Below are positions 55,493 through 64,000 of a DNA stretch of 64,000 nt, piece after piece. The translations under genes were made by a program, and so were the position numbers. Numbering within the stretch: the first letter of the stretch is position 1; each line of letters opens with the position of its first letter. The notes under the pieces were generated by a model. That model saw only the letters and a list, made by a program, of their open reading frames with translations, ran no database searches and was not told the origin of the DNA. Origin of the DNA: a virus (lineage: Duplodnaviria > Caudoviricetes); IMG/VR virus record IMGVR_UViG_2889736374_000001, positions 1 to 64,000 of that record, one strand, 5' to 3'.

Positions 55493-56463
55493 AGGCGCTG
55501 CAGTTCGACACCACAAAACCCCTGCCCTTCAAGGCCGCCGCCGCCCTCTACTGGCAGGAGGTCGGCTGCCACCATGTCAATGCCGACGAGACGCTGGCCG
55601 CGCTCGACTGGCTGGAGCGTCACATCGGCGGCGCCACCCAGCTCGCCGACATCGATGACGCCATGGTTGCCCGCCTGGTCGCGCGGCGCCGCGGCGAGGG
55701 CAAATGGCGCACCGACAGGAAGGGCAAGCGCGTCCGCGTGGGCGAACTCTCGGCCGCCACGGTCAACCGGTCCGTCTGCGAGCCGCTGCGCGCCATCCTG
55801 CGCCGCGCCAGGCGCACCTGGAAACAGGCCGTGCACGAGATCGAGTGGAAGGACCATGTGCTGAAGGAGCCGCAGGAACGCGTGCGCGAAGCCAGCCCCG
55901 ACGAGGAGGCGGCCATCATGGCGGCGATTCGCGGCGACTATGCCCCGGCCCTCCGATTCGCACTTCTCAGCGGCTGCCGGCGCGAGGAGATCGTGGGCCT
56001 CACCTGGCACGATGTCGATTTCTTCAACCGCGAATTCACGGTGACCGGCAAGGGCGACCGCTCGCGCACCCTGCCCATGACGGATGCCATGCATGACCTG
56101 CTGTGGTCGCTCAAGGACCATCACGCCCAGTCCGTCTTCACCTATGTCGCCAAGCGCCCGCGCCCCGGCGCCAGGCGCGGCGCGCGCCAGCCGATCACCA
56201 TGGAAGGCTTCAAGACGGAATGGCGCCGCGCGCGCGACCGCGCCGGCGTGAAGGACTTCCGCTTTCACGATACGCGCCACACGGCCGCCACCAGGCTCGT
56301 GCGGGCGACCGGCAACCTCAAGATGGCCCAGCAGCTGCTTGGCCACACGGACATCGCCACCACCTCGCGCTACGCCCACGTGACCAAGGACGACCTGCGC
56401 GCCGGCATGGAAGCCGCGGCGCGGCCGAGGCCCGCCCGACCGGCGCGGCGGGCGAAACAATGA
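55354..56463 (+). CDS. Tyrosine integrase
   Basis: SGCRREE, FHDTRH, LLGH, TSRYAH catalytic motifs. Confidence 0.96.
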   Translation: MSVYKRPGQTVYTFDFRYRRQRFSGSTGCTTRRDAERFEDEEKRRVKALQFDTTKPLPFKAAAALYWQEVGCHHVNADETLAALDWLERHIGGATQLADIDDAMVARLVARRRGEGKWRTDRKGKRVRVGELSAATVNRSVCEPLRAILRRARRTWKQAVHEIEWKDHVLKEPQERVREASPDEEAAIMAAIRGDYAPALRFALLSGCRREEIVGLTWHDVDFFNREFTVTGKGDRSRTLPMTDAMHDLLWSLKDHHAQSVFTYVAKRPRPGARRGARQPITMEGFKTEWRRARDRAGVKDFRFHDTRHTAATRLVRATGNLKMAQQLLGHTDIATTSRYAHVTKDDLRAGMEAAARPRPARPARRAKQ

Positions 56464-56474
56464 GGGAACGTCCC

Positions 56475-56514
56475 GTGGGACTTCTGTGGCACTTTCTGCA
56501 CCGCTTGGTGCCAC
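56475..56514. promoter_or_regulatory. Candidate integrase arm-type sites
   Basis: GTGGGAC (56475), GTGGCAC (56486) and inverted GTGCCAC (56508) between int and the tRNA. Confidence 0.5.
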
Positions 56515-56551
56515 TGTCTGCCGTTTGTTCCGTTTTTCTCGATTACCGGGC

Positions 56552-56580
56552 TTGCGCCCGCGCCGCCCTAACCCTATACG
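56552..56580 (+). promoter_or_regulatory. Sigma70-like promoter for tRNA-Pro
   Basis: TTGCGC-N17-TATACG. Confidence 0.55.
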
Positions 56581-56601
56581 CACCAAGGCCTTCGGGCCGC
56601 T

Positions 56602-56678
<77 letters not shown>

Positions 56679-56701
56679 TCCGCCGAGGAGACGAGCACAG
56701 A

Positions 56702-57007
56702 ATGTCCGCCCGTATCTACAGCCCGACAAGGACCGCCATGCAATCCGGAACCGCACGCACCGGCCAGTGGGTGCTCGAATTCGAGCCCTCCCAGCCGCGC
56801 AGCATCGAGCCCCTGATGGGCTACACCTCGTCTGGAGACATGAAGCGCCAGATCCGGCTGCGCTTCGACACGGAGGAAGCGGCGATCGCCTATGCCGAGA
56901 AGAACGGCATCGCCTACCGTGTCGAGAAGCCGAAGAAGACCAGCCGGCGCGTGATTTCCTATGCGGAGAATTTCCGCTATGACCGCAAGGTCCCCTGGAC
57001 GCACTGA
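56702..57007 (+). CDS. ETC complex I subunit family protein (NDUFS4-like), host gene
   Basis: ARIYSP.RTAMQSG...IEPLMGYTSSGD...Y.ENF. Confidence 0.92.
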   Translation: MSARIYSPTRTAMQSGTARTGQWVLEFEPSQPRSIEPLMGYTSSGDMKRQIRLRFDTEEAAIAYAEKNGIAYRVEKPKKTSRRVISYAENFRYDRKVPWTH

Positions 57008-57030
57008 CCGGCGCCGCGCCGCGCCGCAGC

Positions 57031-57107
57031 GGTCCCGTAGCTCAGCTGGATAGAGCACCGGCCTTCTAAGCCGATGGTCGCAGGTTCGAGTCCTGCCGGG
57101 ATCGCCA
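57031..57107 (+). tRNA. tRNA-Arg(TCT)
   Basis: 77-nt cloverleaf, anticodon loop CT-TCT-AA, CCA end. Confidence 0.97.
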
Positions 57108-57145
57108 GTCTTTTCAATGGCTTAGCCCGTCCGCCCTACCCTGTT

Positions 57146-57235
57146 CATGTTGCATCATGTTGCAACTGACTTCCCTTGGTTTCCAAGGGTTTCCGCTGGT
57201 GCGCGGCAGTTCCATGCAACATGGAATGCAACATG
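57146..57235. repeat. Paired CATGTTGCA / TGCAACATG repeats (att arm-type site candidates)
   Basis: Two direct copies at 57146-57165 and two inverted copies at 57214-57235. Confidence 0.65.
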
Positions 57236-57418
57236 CTCGACTCCAAGCACGATCTCTGCATTCTTCTGAGGCGGACCTGAAAGGGACCGTGGCGAGGCCG
57301 TCTCCTCTAGAAGCCCCCTGCGTTGCCGGCCTCGCCTTCTCCCGGCAAGCCCAGTCATCTATGAATTCTGTGAACCTCTTTCCGGCCTTGTCGTTGTCTT
57401 TCCCAAGGAGACGCGACC

Positions 57419-57565
57419 ATGAGTAACATTCGCATAGCACTTACCAGAGCCGCAGACGGTCCTTGGGAATGCCCCCGCTGGGACAATGACACCAAGGTTA
57501 AGCTGGGGGTTGGGACCACGATCGGAACGTGCATCGTTTCGATGCTGCTGATGATCCCAGCCTGA
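57419..57565 (+). CDS. Possible 48-aa small protein
   Basis: RBS AAGGAG, hydrophobic C-terminus; below the ORF-track cutoff. Confidence 0.3.
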   Translation: MSNIRIALTRAADGPWECPRWDNDTKVKLGVGTTIGTCIVSMLLMIPA

Positions 57566-57644
57566 TTCGAGTCCGCGTTTATCTCTGGCTTGCCCTCGTC
57601 TTCCGGTTGCGTCACGATGCAACCGGGATGTGGAGGGGGAAACG

Positions 57645-58406
57645 ATGTCTGCAGTGCTAGCCGCTGGCATACTGCTCAGCCTGGTAGGCTTGGCGATCGG
57701 CACACTTCTACTTGTGCTGCCCAGCACCAGGGCCAGGGGCGCGCGGCTTGCAAGGGGCTCGTTCCTCCTATTGGCAGTTACTTTTGTAGGGATGATCGCC
57801 GTCATTATCGGCACGGGCCAGGAAACGCAGACTTCTTCGACCCAACCGAGGTTGCAGACTGAACGGCCGGCGGCGGCTGAGGTAGATGCATCGGCAGAAG
57901 ATTCTGAACTGGACCTGCACGCAGAGGAAGGTGCTCGTCGTGCTGCAGAGGCAGTGCGGTTGGCTCATTGGGACGTAAGGCGGGGCACGTCACAGCTCGA
58001 TGACAGTGCTAGCGTCCAGCTGGCGCTCAGGTCCAACGATGTCCACCAAGACCGTTACGGACGGAGGAAGCCGCTGACGCTGACGATTATCTGCCGAGAG
58101 AATCGTACCAACGCCTATATCAGCTTCGCAGAGCATTTCATGTCCGACATCCAAGGTAAGGGACGTGTCGACTATCGCGTCGATGAAAAGGCGGCTCGGC
58201 ATCGAAATTTCCGTGAATCGAACGATCATTCCGTTCTTGGGCTTTGGGGAGGGTCTGCCTCAATTCCTTGGCTGCGAGAATTGTTCGGAGGACAGAAGCT
58301 GTATGTGCGGGCAACGCCATTCTCAGAGAGTGCCGTCTCTGGTGAGTTCAACATTTCCGGCATTGAGGAGGTCATCCAGCCCTTGCGTGAAGCATGCAAC
58401 TGGTAG
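57645..58406 (+). CDS. Membrane-anchored VasI/TagO-like protein
   Basis: Two TM segments, then LTIICRENRT...TPFSES...FNISG...PLREACNW. Confidence 0.7.
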   Translation: MSAVLAAGILLSLVGLAIGTLLLVLPSTRARGARLARGSFLLLAVTFVGMIAVIIGTGQETQTSSTQPRLQTERPAAAEVDASAEDSELDLHAEEGARRAAEAVRLAHWDVRRGTSQLDDSASVQLALRSNDVHQDRYGRRKPLTLTIICRENRTNAYISFAEHFMSDIQGKGRVDYRVDEKAARHRNFRESNDHSVLGLWGGSASIPWLRELFGGQKLYVRATPFSESAVSGEFNISGIEEVIQPLREACNW

Positions 58407-58663
58407 ACCAGCCCTGTCGGCGCCACTTTCATCGAGTTGCAACGTCCGTTCGTATTTGGGGCATCTGCGCTGCTGCCGTCGGCCTCGCTGGCTGTGAACG
58501 CGCACCCCAGCACCACTACGTACTATGTGAGGAGCGTGACGGAGCCGGCTGGCATCTGGTCGACGTCGAGTATCGCGATGAATATCTCATCGCCTGCACC
58601 TACCGTTCCCCGGACCGCCGGGATTGGTACACCGCACGGTGTACGGATAGCGGGTGCGACTGA
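58394..58663 (+). CDS. Small putative lipoprotein (start uncertain)
   Basis: LAGC lipobox; Cys-rich mature part. Confidence 0.4.
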   Translation: MQLVDQPCRRHFHRVATSVRIWGICAAAVGLAGCERAPQHHYVLCEERDGAGWHLVDVEYRDEYLIACTYRSPDRRDWYTARCTDSGCD

Positions 58664-58697
58664 TATTCGATGCGTTTGGCGTGAGAGGAAATCGGTT

Positions 58698-59906
58698 TTG
58701 AAGCGAAGCTTCTCAAGACGGGAACTCTACGATCTCGTCTGGACGACGCCGATCTCGACACTGGCCCAGCAGTTCGGGCTTTCCGACAGAGGCTTGGCCA
58801 AAATCTGCCAGGCTCATCAAATTCCCGTTCCCGGCCGTGGATATTGGGCCAGAGTGGAATCCGGCCAGACGGTCAACAAGACGCCTTTGTGGCTCATTGA
58901 AAACCCCGCGATAGAGACCGTGCACATCGGCGGTGTGGACCCGGTCGCGAATCCGAGAGCGGCGGTGGCGGTGACCGCCACAAAGGCGGCGAGGCAGCGT
59001 CTGAAGCAGGAGAAGGCCGAGCTTCAAAAGAAGAGCACAAGCCCATACCAAGAGCCGGCGCCGATCCCGCAGCGTCCTCGCCCGCTCCATTCCTCACTCA
59101 GGTCATTCGCAGAGGAACTACGGACTGCGGAAGCAGACCGGGAGGGCGCGATCGATGTCAAATGGGTGCACATCCACCGCGACAGCCTGCCACGCGTGGT
59201 GTCCTTTCTGAGTGCTCTTGCACACAAACTGGAGCCGCACGGGGTCACCTTTTCAGGCGCTGGAAGCCGTGTGCAGTTCGTACAAGGCTCAACTGCGGTC
59301 GACTTTATTCTTACCAGCCCCAAAAAGCGGACTGTCAGAGAACAAACCTATGTGGGCGCGTCTGGACGTAGCTATCAGTGGAAAAGCCACGAGAACGTTT
59401 TCGTGGGCCGTTTGGCGTTCCAGATTGTCGGCCGCGCGCAAGGCGTCCGAAAGAACTGGGTCGATGAGGATGAAAAGAAGGTCGAACACCGGATCGAACA
59501 GATCGTCGAAAACTATCGGATACATCTGGCAGTCCAGAAGGAGCAGGACGAAATAGATCGCGTGGAGCGAGAGCGGAAGCAGCATCTGGCCTTCCGTCGC
59601 GAACTCGCTGTCAAGCGCAAATTTAGGGAGGAGGCCCGACATAGATTCCTCACCTCTCTTGCGAACGATCGCCGTGAGGTGGAGGATCTCCGCGCTACCA
59701 TCGGTCTTGTCCCGCAGGGAGAGGACGGCATGCCGGAATACGAGCGTATGCTTGGGTGGGCTAGAGAGCGGCTAGCACTCCTTATCCAGCGTACGACTGC
59801 CGCAGCAGTCCAGCGAGCGCTGCTGGATCAGAACCTCTTTCCTGAGCCGGATGATCTTCATGATCCGGAAGGCGAGCCGCCAGAGAAAAGGAACTACTGG
59901 GAATAG
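58698..59906 (+). CDS. Conserved island protein with N-terminal HTH
   Basis: SRRELYDLVW.TP...LA..FGLSDRGLAKIC...IPVPGRGYWA; TTG start after GAGG. Confidence 0.7.
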   Translation: MKRSFSRRELYDLVWTTPISTLAQQFGLSDRGLAKICQAHQIPVPGRGYWARVESGQTVNKTPLWLIENPAIETVHIGGVDPVANPRAAVAVTATKAARQRLKQEKAELQKKSTSPYQEPAPIPQRPRPLHSSLRSFAEELRTAEADREGAIDVKWVHIHRDSLPRVVSFLSALAHKLEPHGVTFSGAGSRVQFVQGSTAVDFILTSPKKRTVREQTYVGASGRSYQWKSHENVFVGRLAFQIVGRAQGVRKNWVDEDEKKVEHRIEQIVENYRIHLAVQKEQDEIDRVERERKQHLAFRRELAVKRKFREEARHRFLTSLANDRREVEDLRATIGLVPQGEDGMPEYERMLGWARERLALLIQRTTAAAVQRALLDQNLFPEPDDLHDPEGEPPEKRNYWE

Positions 59907-60016
59907 GGCCGAGGGCGACATGGCCGACAGAACAACGACGGCTATCCCCATTATCCACATGACGGCGCCAGACTCGCGTCTGGTGGAATGGCGGCCGCTC
60001 CAGCTACGCTAAGCGA

Positions 60017-60274
60017 ATGACGAGACGAAAAGCCCGGATATCGCACGACGAGGTTGCTAGATTGGTCAAGGCCGTTCGATCGGCCGGCCTGCCAGTCTCC
60101 AAAGTGAGCTTCGATGGCGACCTCGTGGAAGTCTATGTCGGGGTATCGGATCGAGACATTTTGGCCTCCAATGCTGACCGGGTACCCGAGGAGTTTCAAA
60201 CGCTGGGCGAATATCGTCGTTGGCGCAATGGCAAGAAGGGCGGGAACGGCTTGTTGCGGGAGCCTGTCCTTTGA
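60017..60274 (+). CDS. Small excisionase/RDF-like protein
   Basis: MTRRKARISHDEVARLVKAV..AGL pattern of pre-integrase genes. Confidence 0.55.
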   Translation: MTRRKARISHDEVARLVKAVRSAGLPVSKVSFDGDLVEVYVGVSDRDILASNADRVPEEFQTLGEYRRWRNGKKGGNGLLREPVL

Positions 60275-60582
60275 GTGATCCACCCATTATTCCGAAGCTG
60301 ATAAGCCCTGAAGAGTTTGCCAGTACAACGGGGTGTTCCGCACGAACGGTTCGCTGGCTGGCCCGCCAGATCGGAGCATGTCGCATAATTGGAAAGAGAA
60401 TGCTGCTCAGTCAGGATGATGTCCAGGCACTCCTGGCAGCCAGCCAGCCCCAGCCGCGACAACGCAGCGGCTCACTCGCCGGGCCGCTTCGGAAGCCAGG
60501 GCCAACGGAGCGGGTTCAAAATACGGACCTAGAACTGGTGCGGGCTCGCTTGGCTGAGGCCAAACGTCAACGACATCGATGA
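60271..60582 (+). CDS. HTH excisionase-like protein
   Basis: LISPEEFASTTGCSARTVR...IIGKRMLLSQDDV; TTGA coupling. Confidence 0.6.
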   Translation: MSDPPIIPKLISPEEFASTTGCSARTVRWLARQIGACRIIGKRMLLSQDDVQALLAASQPQPRQRSGSLAGPLRKPGPTERVQNTDLELVRARLAEAKRQRHR

Positions 60583-61154
60583 CCCGAAAGCTGGACATCA
60601 CCGCGCGCCAGGTGACCGCGCTCTGCAAGGGCGCCCAGAAGGCCGGATACGCTCCGGTCATTCAACTCGGTGACGTCTTCGTTCGTTTGGTTCCCGAGGA
60701 ACGGGCCTGCGCTGAGAGCCAGCGGAAAGACGAGAATTATTTCGACCAGATGCTCGATGATTGGTCGCTTCTCCCCCGGCGACCATTGCCGAGCAAGGGC
60801 GAAGCACTAAGCCGGTCCGATCTCGAAGTGAGCCGAAGCGGCCGCCACGAAAGCGACCCACAGAGATCGGCACGGCACGCGAAAGTCTTGACCGAATGGA
60901 AGCGGGACCTTCCGGGGAGTGCGTTGGACCACCGGGAGACGCGGGTAATGGAACAGCTTCTGCAGCGCGCTGATGAACCCCAATCTGCCTCGACCCTGGA
61001 ATTTGCAGGACCTGCTACCTTGGAACGCTTGGTCATTCGAGGCTTCATCGGAACCCTTGAAGAAAGACGCCCGACGACTCTTACGCTAACCTCAGCGGGC
61101 AAGAGGGCCTTCGCCACGAATTCCAAGGAAGGTCGGAGAAGGATACGTCTATGA
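60579..61154 (+). CDS. RDF-like N-terminus fused to a winged-helix-like C-terminus
   Basis: MTRKLDITARQVTALCKGAQKAG; ...TLERLVIRGFI...LTSAGK; ATGA coupling. Confidence 0.55.
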   Translation: MTRKLDITARQVTALCKGAQKAGYAPVIQLGDVFVRLVPEERACAESQRKDENYFDQMLDDWSLLPRRPLPSKGEALSRSDLEVSRSGRHESDPQRSARHAKVLTEWKRDLPGSALDHRETRVMEQLLQRADEPQSASTLEFAGPATLERLVIRGFIGTLEERRPTTLTLTSAGKRAFATNSKEGRRRIRL

Positions 61155-61453
61155 CCGGATGGCAGCCAGACGTATTCACGCCCGCTACGCTCGCCGAGCG
61201 GTGGCACTGTTCCGAACAACACGTTCGCAACATGATCGAACGGGGAGAATTGCGGGCGTTCAGATTGGGCGAGAAGCTTCTCCGGATTCGGATCGAAGAC
61301 GTGCTTTCGGTAGAAACTGGCATAGCTGTTGAGGCCTATGAGCCCTCCCCTTCCCCCGAACTTGATGACGTCCAGGGGCGCAAGAGACGTCCCGCCGCAG
61401 CCCAATTGGACACCCTCACTCGGCACCGGATCCAGAGACTTCGGCGCCATTAG
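61151..61453 (+). CDS. HTH_17 excisionase-family protein
   Basis: FTPATLAERWHCSEQHVRNMIERGELRAFRLGEKLLRI. Confidence 0.85.
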   Translation: MTGWQPDVFTPATLAERWHCSEQHVRNMIERGELRAFRLGEKLLRIRIEDVLSVETGIAVEAYEPSPSPELDDVQGRKRRPAAAQLDTLTRHRIQRLRRH

Positions 61454-61606
61454 AAGCTGGATTAAGGGTGTAGGCGCGTTCTTGAAGTCACATTGATGAT
61501 GTGGTGCTAGCCTCAGCACCCCAATCCCATTCGCGACTACTAGCCAGCCGGCTTCTCGCGGGTCGACTTACACAGGACTACTCTCTCCCAGCCATTTGGC
61601 GAAACA

Positions 61607-62254
61607 CTAGGGAAATCGGCGCGCGCCAGTGTCGGTCTGCACAATCAGGTCACCCGTCCCGTCAATCTCATAGGTGACCGAGGCATGCCGAAGCCGAGCA
61701 TCATCGTGCCAGCTCATCATGATCAGATCGAGCTCTACCGAACACAGATACGCGTTGTTGGAGGAACTGCGAAAATGGTGGGTGTCGCCAATTGTTCGCT
61801 CGTGTCTGGGTTCTGCTCCCAAGAAGAAGTATGCCGTAATGCCGGCGGCGCATACGTCACGCGGGGTTCGCCGAGCGGCACGCGGGTTTGCCTTGACCGC
61901 CGGGGCGACAAAAGTGGGGCTCTCCCCTACACTACCTAAGACCACGCCGGGCACGGGGTAGTAGATGGGCTTGGGGTAGCCAAAAATGCTGCCAAACCCG
62001 ATGCGGCCATTTGCGCCGTGAACCTGAATGGCGGTGCCAGCAGCCAACCGAAAACAACCTCCCGATCGTGCCGCTTCGACAAGCATCGCATCTGCCGAAC
62101 CACCAAACATGATGCGCGCGAGCGCCCGCTCGTCGTCACACACCCAGATCATGTTTTGGGCGTGAGCAATTGTGCCCGTTTGCGCCGCATGCGCGAGAGT
62201 CACTTGCGCCGCGCAAACAAAGGCAGCGGCAACACCCTGTAGCCAAGTTTTCAT
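61607..62254 (-). CDS. Secreted hypothetical protein
   Basis: Signal peptide ending AHA; Cys pairs. Confidence 0.6.
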   Translation of the reverse strand: MKTWLQGVAAAFVCAAQVTLAHAAQTGTIAHAQNMIWVCDDERALARIMFGGSADAMLVEAARSGGCFRLAAGTAIQVHGANGRIGFGSIFGYPKPIYYPVPGVVLGSVGESPTFVAPAVKANPRAARRTPRDVCAAGITAYFFLGAEPRHERTIGDTHHFRSSSNNAYLCSVELDLIMMSWHDDARLRHASVTYEIDGTGDLIVQTDTGARRFP

Positions 62255-62784
62255 CCCCGACCCCTTGCCGATTAATGGGGGCACCATAAGGAGAAGAAGT
62301 TGAGAGGTGCTTCGCTGGAAATCTCGCATTCGAAACGTCGGACTAAAAAGTTTCCGGCTTGGCCGCGGCGGGATGCGGTGACGATGCTGCTTATCTCCGA
62401 GCGAGGCGTCTAAAGTCGCTGCGGAAAGACGTCGGCTACACTTCCTGATTGCATTACTGCCGTTGCGGGACGATTAGGAGGAGAGTTGCTCTTATGAAGC
62501 CGCTGATTGCAGCCGTGCCGGTTTTGTGGCCCGCAGTTGTCGCTCGGATAGAGCGGCGGAGGCGTCACTGCTGCCCGGCTTCCCCATAAAGGACGTCATC
62601 AACCGGGTCGGCGAGAAGATCCATCACACACCCTGTTCCCCTTGCTACGACAGGATGCAGATCGACGAACGGAGGCCACCGAAGACCAAAAGATCTATGA
62701 ATCTGCTGACAAGCATTTCGATTTGGGCACTGTCGTTGTGGAGCAACTTCCGCTTGACGCCGGAGTGGAAGAGGCACTTCCGGC

Positions 62785-63186
62785 CTAACGCGGCGCGTGC
62801 CCGCACTTTTCGATGAAAACTCGGCGAAACATGCCCGAACAACTCGAGTCGCCGCACCACCCGGGCAGATTATAGGCCTCTTCGGGCGAATTGTACGGTC
62901 CCCAACCCCACATACCTAAACCTTCGCACCAGACGGCAGGCTTTCCATTTTGATCTGGCGGAGGCCGTCCGATATGACGATCCGGCATGTTGCTGTCCCG
63001 GGAGGTTTGAGCCCGAACCCTTGCCTGATTGGCTTCTTGCTGGCGGAGGTCGCGTTCAAGCTGTTGGCGGCGTGCTTCCTGGCGCCGATCCTCTTCAAGC
63101 TGCAACCGAGCCCGCTCCTGCTGAGCTTGCTGTTCTTGCTGATGGCGCTGGAGATCTCGCTGCGTTTGGGCTTCCGCGCCGGCCAT
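62785..63186 (-). CDS. Gln-rich coiled-coil hypothetical protein (start uncertain)
   Basis: Q/E/R-rich N-half, Cys/Trp-containing C-half. Confidence 0.4.
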   Translation of the reverse strand: MAGAEAQTQRDLQRHQQEQQAQQERARLQLEEDRRQEARRQQLERDLRQQEANQARVRAQTSRDSNMPDRHIGRPPPDQNGKPAVWCEGLGMWGWGPYNSPEEAYNLPGWCGDSSCSGMFRRVFIEKCGHAPR

Positions 63187-63414
63187 TGCCGAGAGCAGCC
63201 ACCCGCCGACCTTGAGCAGCCGCCGGCCGAGCTTACCTTGCTTGCCGCAGGCTATCTCGCAACAGATTCATGATTACTCATCGGCAGCATTCAGAGGCTT
63301 GGTCATCTTTCTCCGCAGAAAAATGATTAACTCTAAGTTGATGCGGGTTCTGAACCATTCAGTCCTTCCAACCATTGTTCCTTGTGGGGAGGAAAACCAA
63401 TGGGAGAGAGAACC

Positions 63415-64000
63415 ATGGCAAAAGCAAAATCCAGCCTCACCTTGATGCTTGCATCAGCATTCGCTCTTGGCGCCAGCAGCCTGATTATGACGGGTCCTGC
63501 GCAGGCGAATATCTGCGAACTGCCCGCAAGCGCCCTCAGCCAGGCTCAACTTCAGGCCGTGGCTGATGGAGCCTGTTTACCGAACGCTCAAGCAAGAACC
63601 GCCACGATTGGTGTCCCAGGTCAACCCGCGGTACCAAGTCAGCCCGGCGTTCCAGGGCAACCTGCAGTCCCCGGGCAGCCCGGCTCGCCCTCTACCGGAG
63701 GCGGTGTCAACGTGGGTGTCGGCGGCGGCGGACAGAACAACACCGGCGGTATCAACGTCGGAGTAGGGTCCGATGCGGGATCCGGCAATACCGGCGGCAT
63801 CAACGTTGGAGCCGGGACCGGTGCGGGATCCGGCAATACCAGCGGTATCAACGCTGGCGTTGGAACCGACGCCGGGTCTGGCAACACCGGAGGTGTCAAT
63901 GCTGGCGTTGGCACGGGATCCGCCTCCGGAAACACGGGTGGCATCAGCATCGGTGTAGGAGAGGATGCCGCCACCGGCAACACCGGCGGCATAAATGCAG
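63415..64000 (+). CDS. Secreted Gly/Asn-rich repeat protein (3'-truncated; absent from ORF track)
   Basis: ATG at 63415 after GGGAGAG; signal peptide ending AQA; open to the window end. Confidence 0.8.
   Translation, partial: MAKAKSSLTLMLASAFALGASSLIMTGPAQANICELPASALSQAQLQAVADGACLPNAQARTATIGVPGQPAVPSQPGVPGQPAVPGQPGSPSTGGGVNVGVGGGGQNNTGGINVGVGSDAGSGNTGGINVGAGTGAGSGNTSGINAGVGTDAGSGNTGGVNAGVGTGSASGNTGGISIGVGEDAATGNTGGINA
63739..64000 (+). repeat. 48-bp coding tandem repeat (NTGGINxGxGxxAxSG)
   Basis: Units start at 63739, 63787, 63835, 63883, 63931, 63979. Confidence 0.9.

Larger units (their letters stand above)
1..56601. mobile_element. Temperate prophage (lambda-like head, P2-like contractile tail); left boundary outside window, right boundary at tRNA-Pro
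   Basis: Ordered lysis, tail, head, packaging, replication, immunity and early modules, ending with xis/int next to a tRNA gene. Confidence 0.95.
57108..64000. mobile_element. Second integrated island at the 3' end of tRNA-Arg; continues beyond the window
   Basis: Drop in GC, att-arm-like repeats, excisionase-like and orphan genes. Confidence 0.7.

Noticed and set aside
57057-57075. C-A mismatch at the top of the tRNA-Arg anticodon stem as an integration scar
   Set aside because: A single 27:43 mismatch is tolerated in tRNAs and may be native; cannot be supported without comparison
63739-64000. 48-bp periodic repeat as a CRISPR array
   Set aside because: No unique spacers, codon-phased variation inside an ORF, and no cas genes

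Overview
High-GC DNA from an alphaproteobacterium, probably Hyphomicrobiales/Rhizobiales (GcrA homologue; tRNA-Pro / ETC-complex-I-subunit / tRNA-Arg locus). Positions 1 to ~56.6 kb are a near-complete temperate prophage whose left end lies outside the window. The minus strand carries a lysis cassette, a P2-like contractile tail, a lambda-like head with terminases, a P4/D5-type primase-helicase replication module, two DNA methyltransferases, GcrA, CII and Cro. An immunity region at 46.2-48.2 kb has 17-bp operators. A plus-strand early arm (HD hydrolase, SSB, DUF2303, DnaN, ASCH, Xis, Int) ends just upstream of tRNA-Pro(TGG). A ~7-kb lower-GC insertion in the tail-fibre region pairs a collagen-like fibre and an Asp-box protein with an oppositely oriented methyltransferase and a KpsS/LpsZ-like capsule glycosyltransferase. 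After tRNA-Arg(TCT) a second integrated island begins. It holds four translationally coupled excisionase-like genes with no integrase in view, and a secreted 16-aa Gly/Asn-repeat protein cut by the window edge. The most unusual signals are: four covarying ~85-bp palindromic elements (three directly after tail-gene stop codons, one read in frame inside a gene), the fibre plus glycan-modification cassette with a reconstructable empty site, the integrase-less excisionase-like array, apparent integration on the 5' side of tRNA-Pro, and a -1 frameshift ORF absent from the ORF track. All product calls come from motif and synteny recognition by eye; no database search was run.
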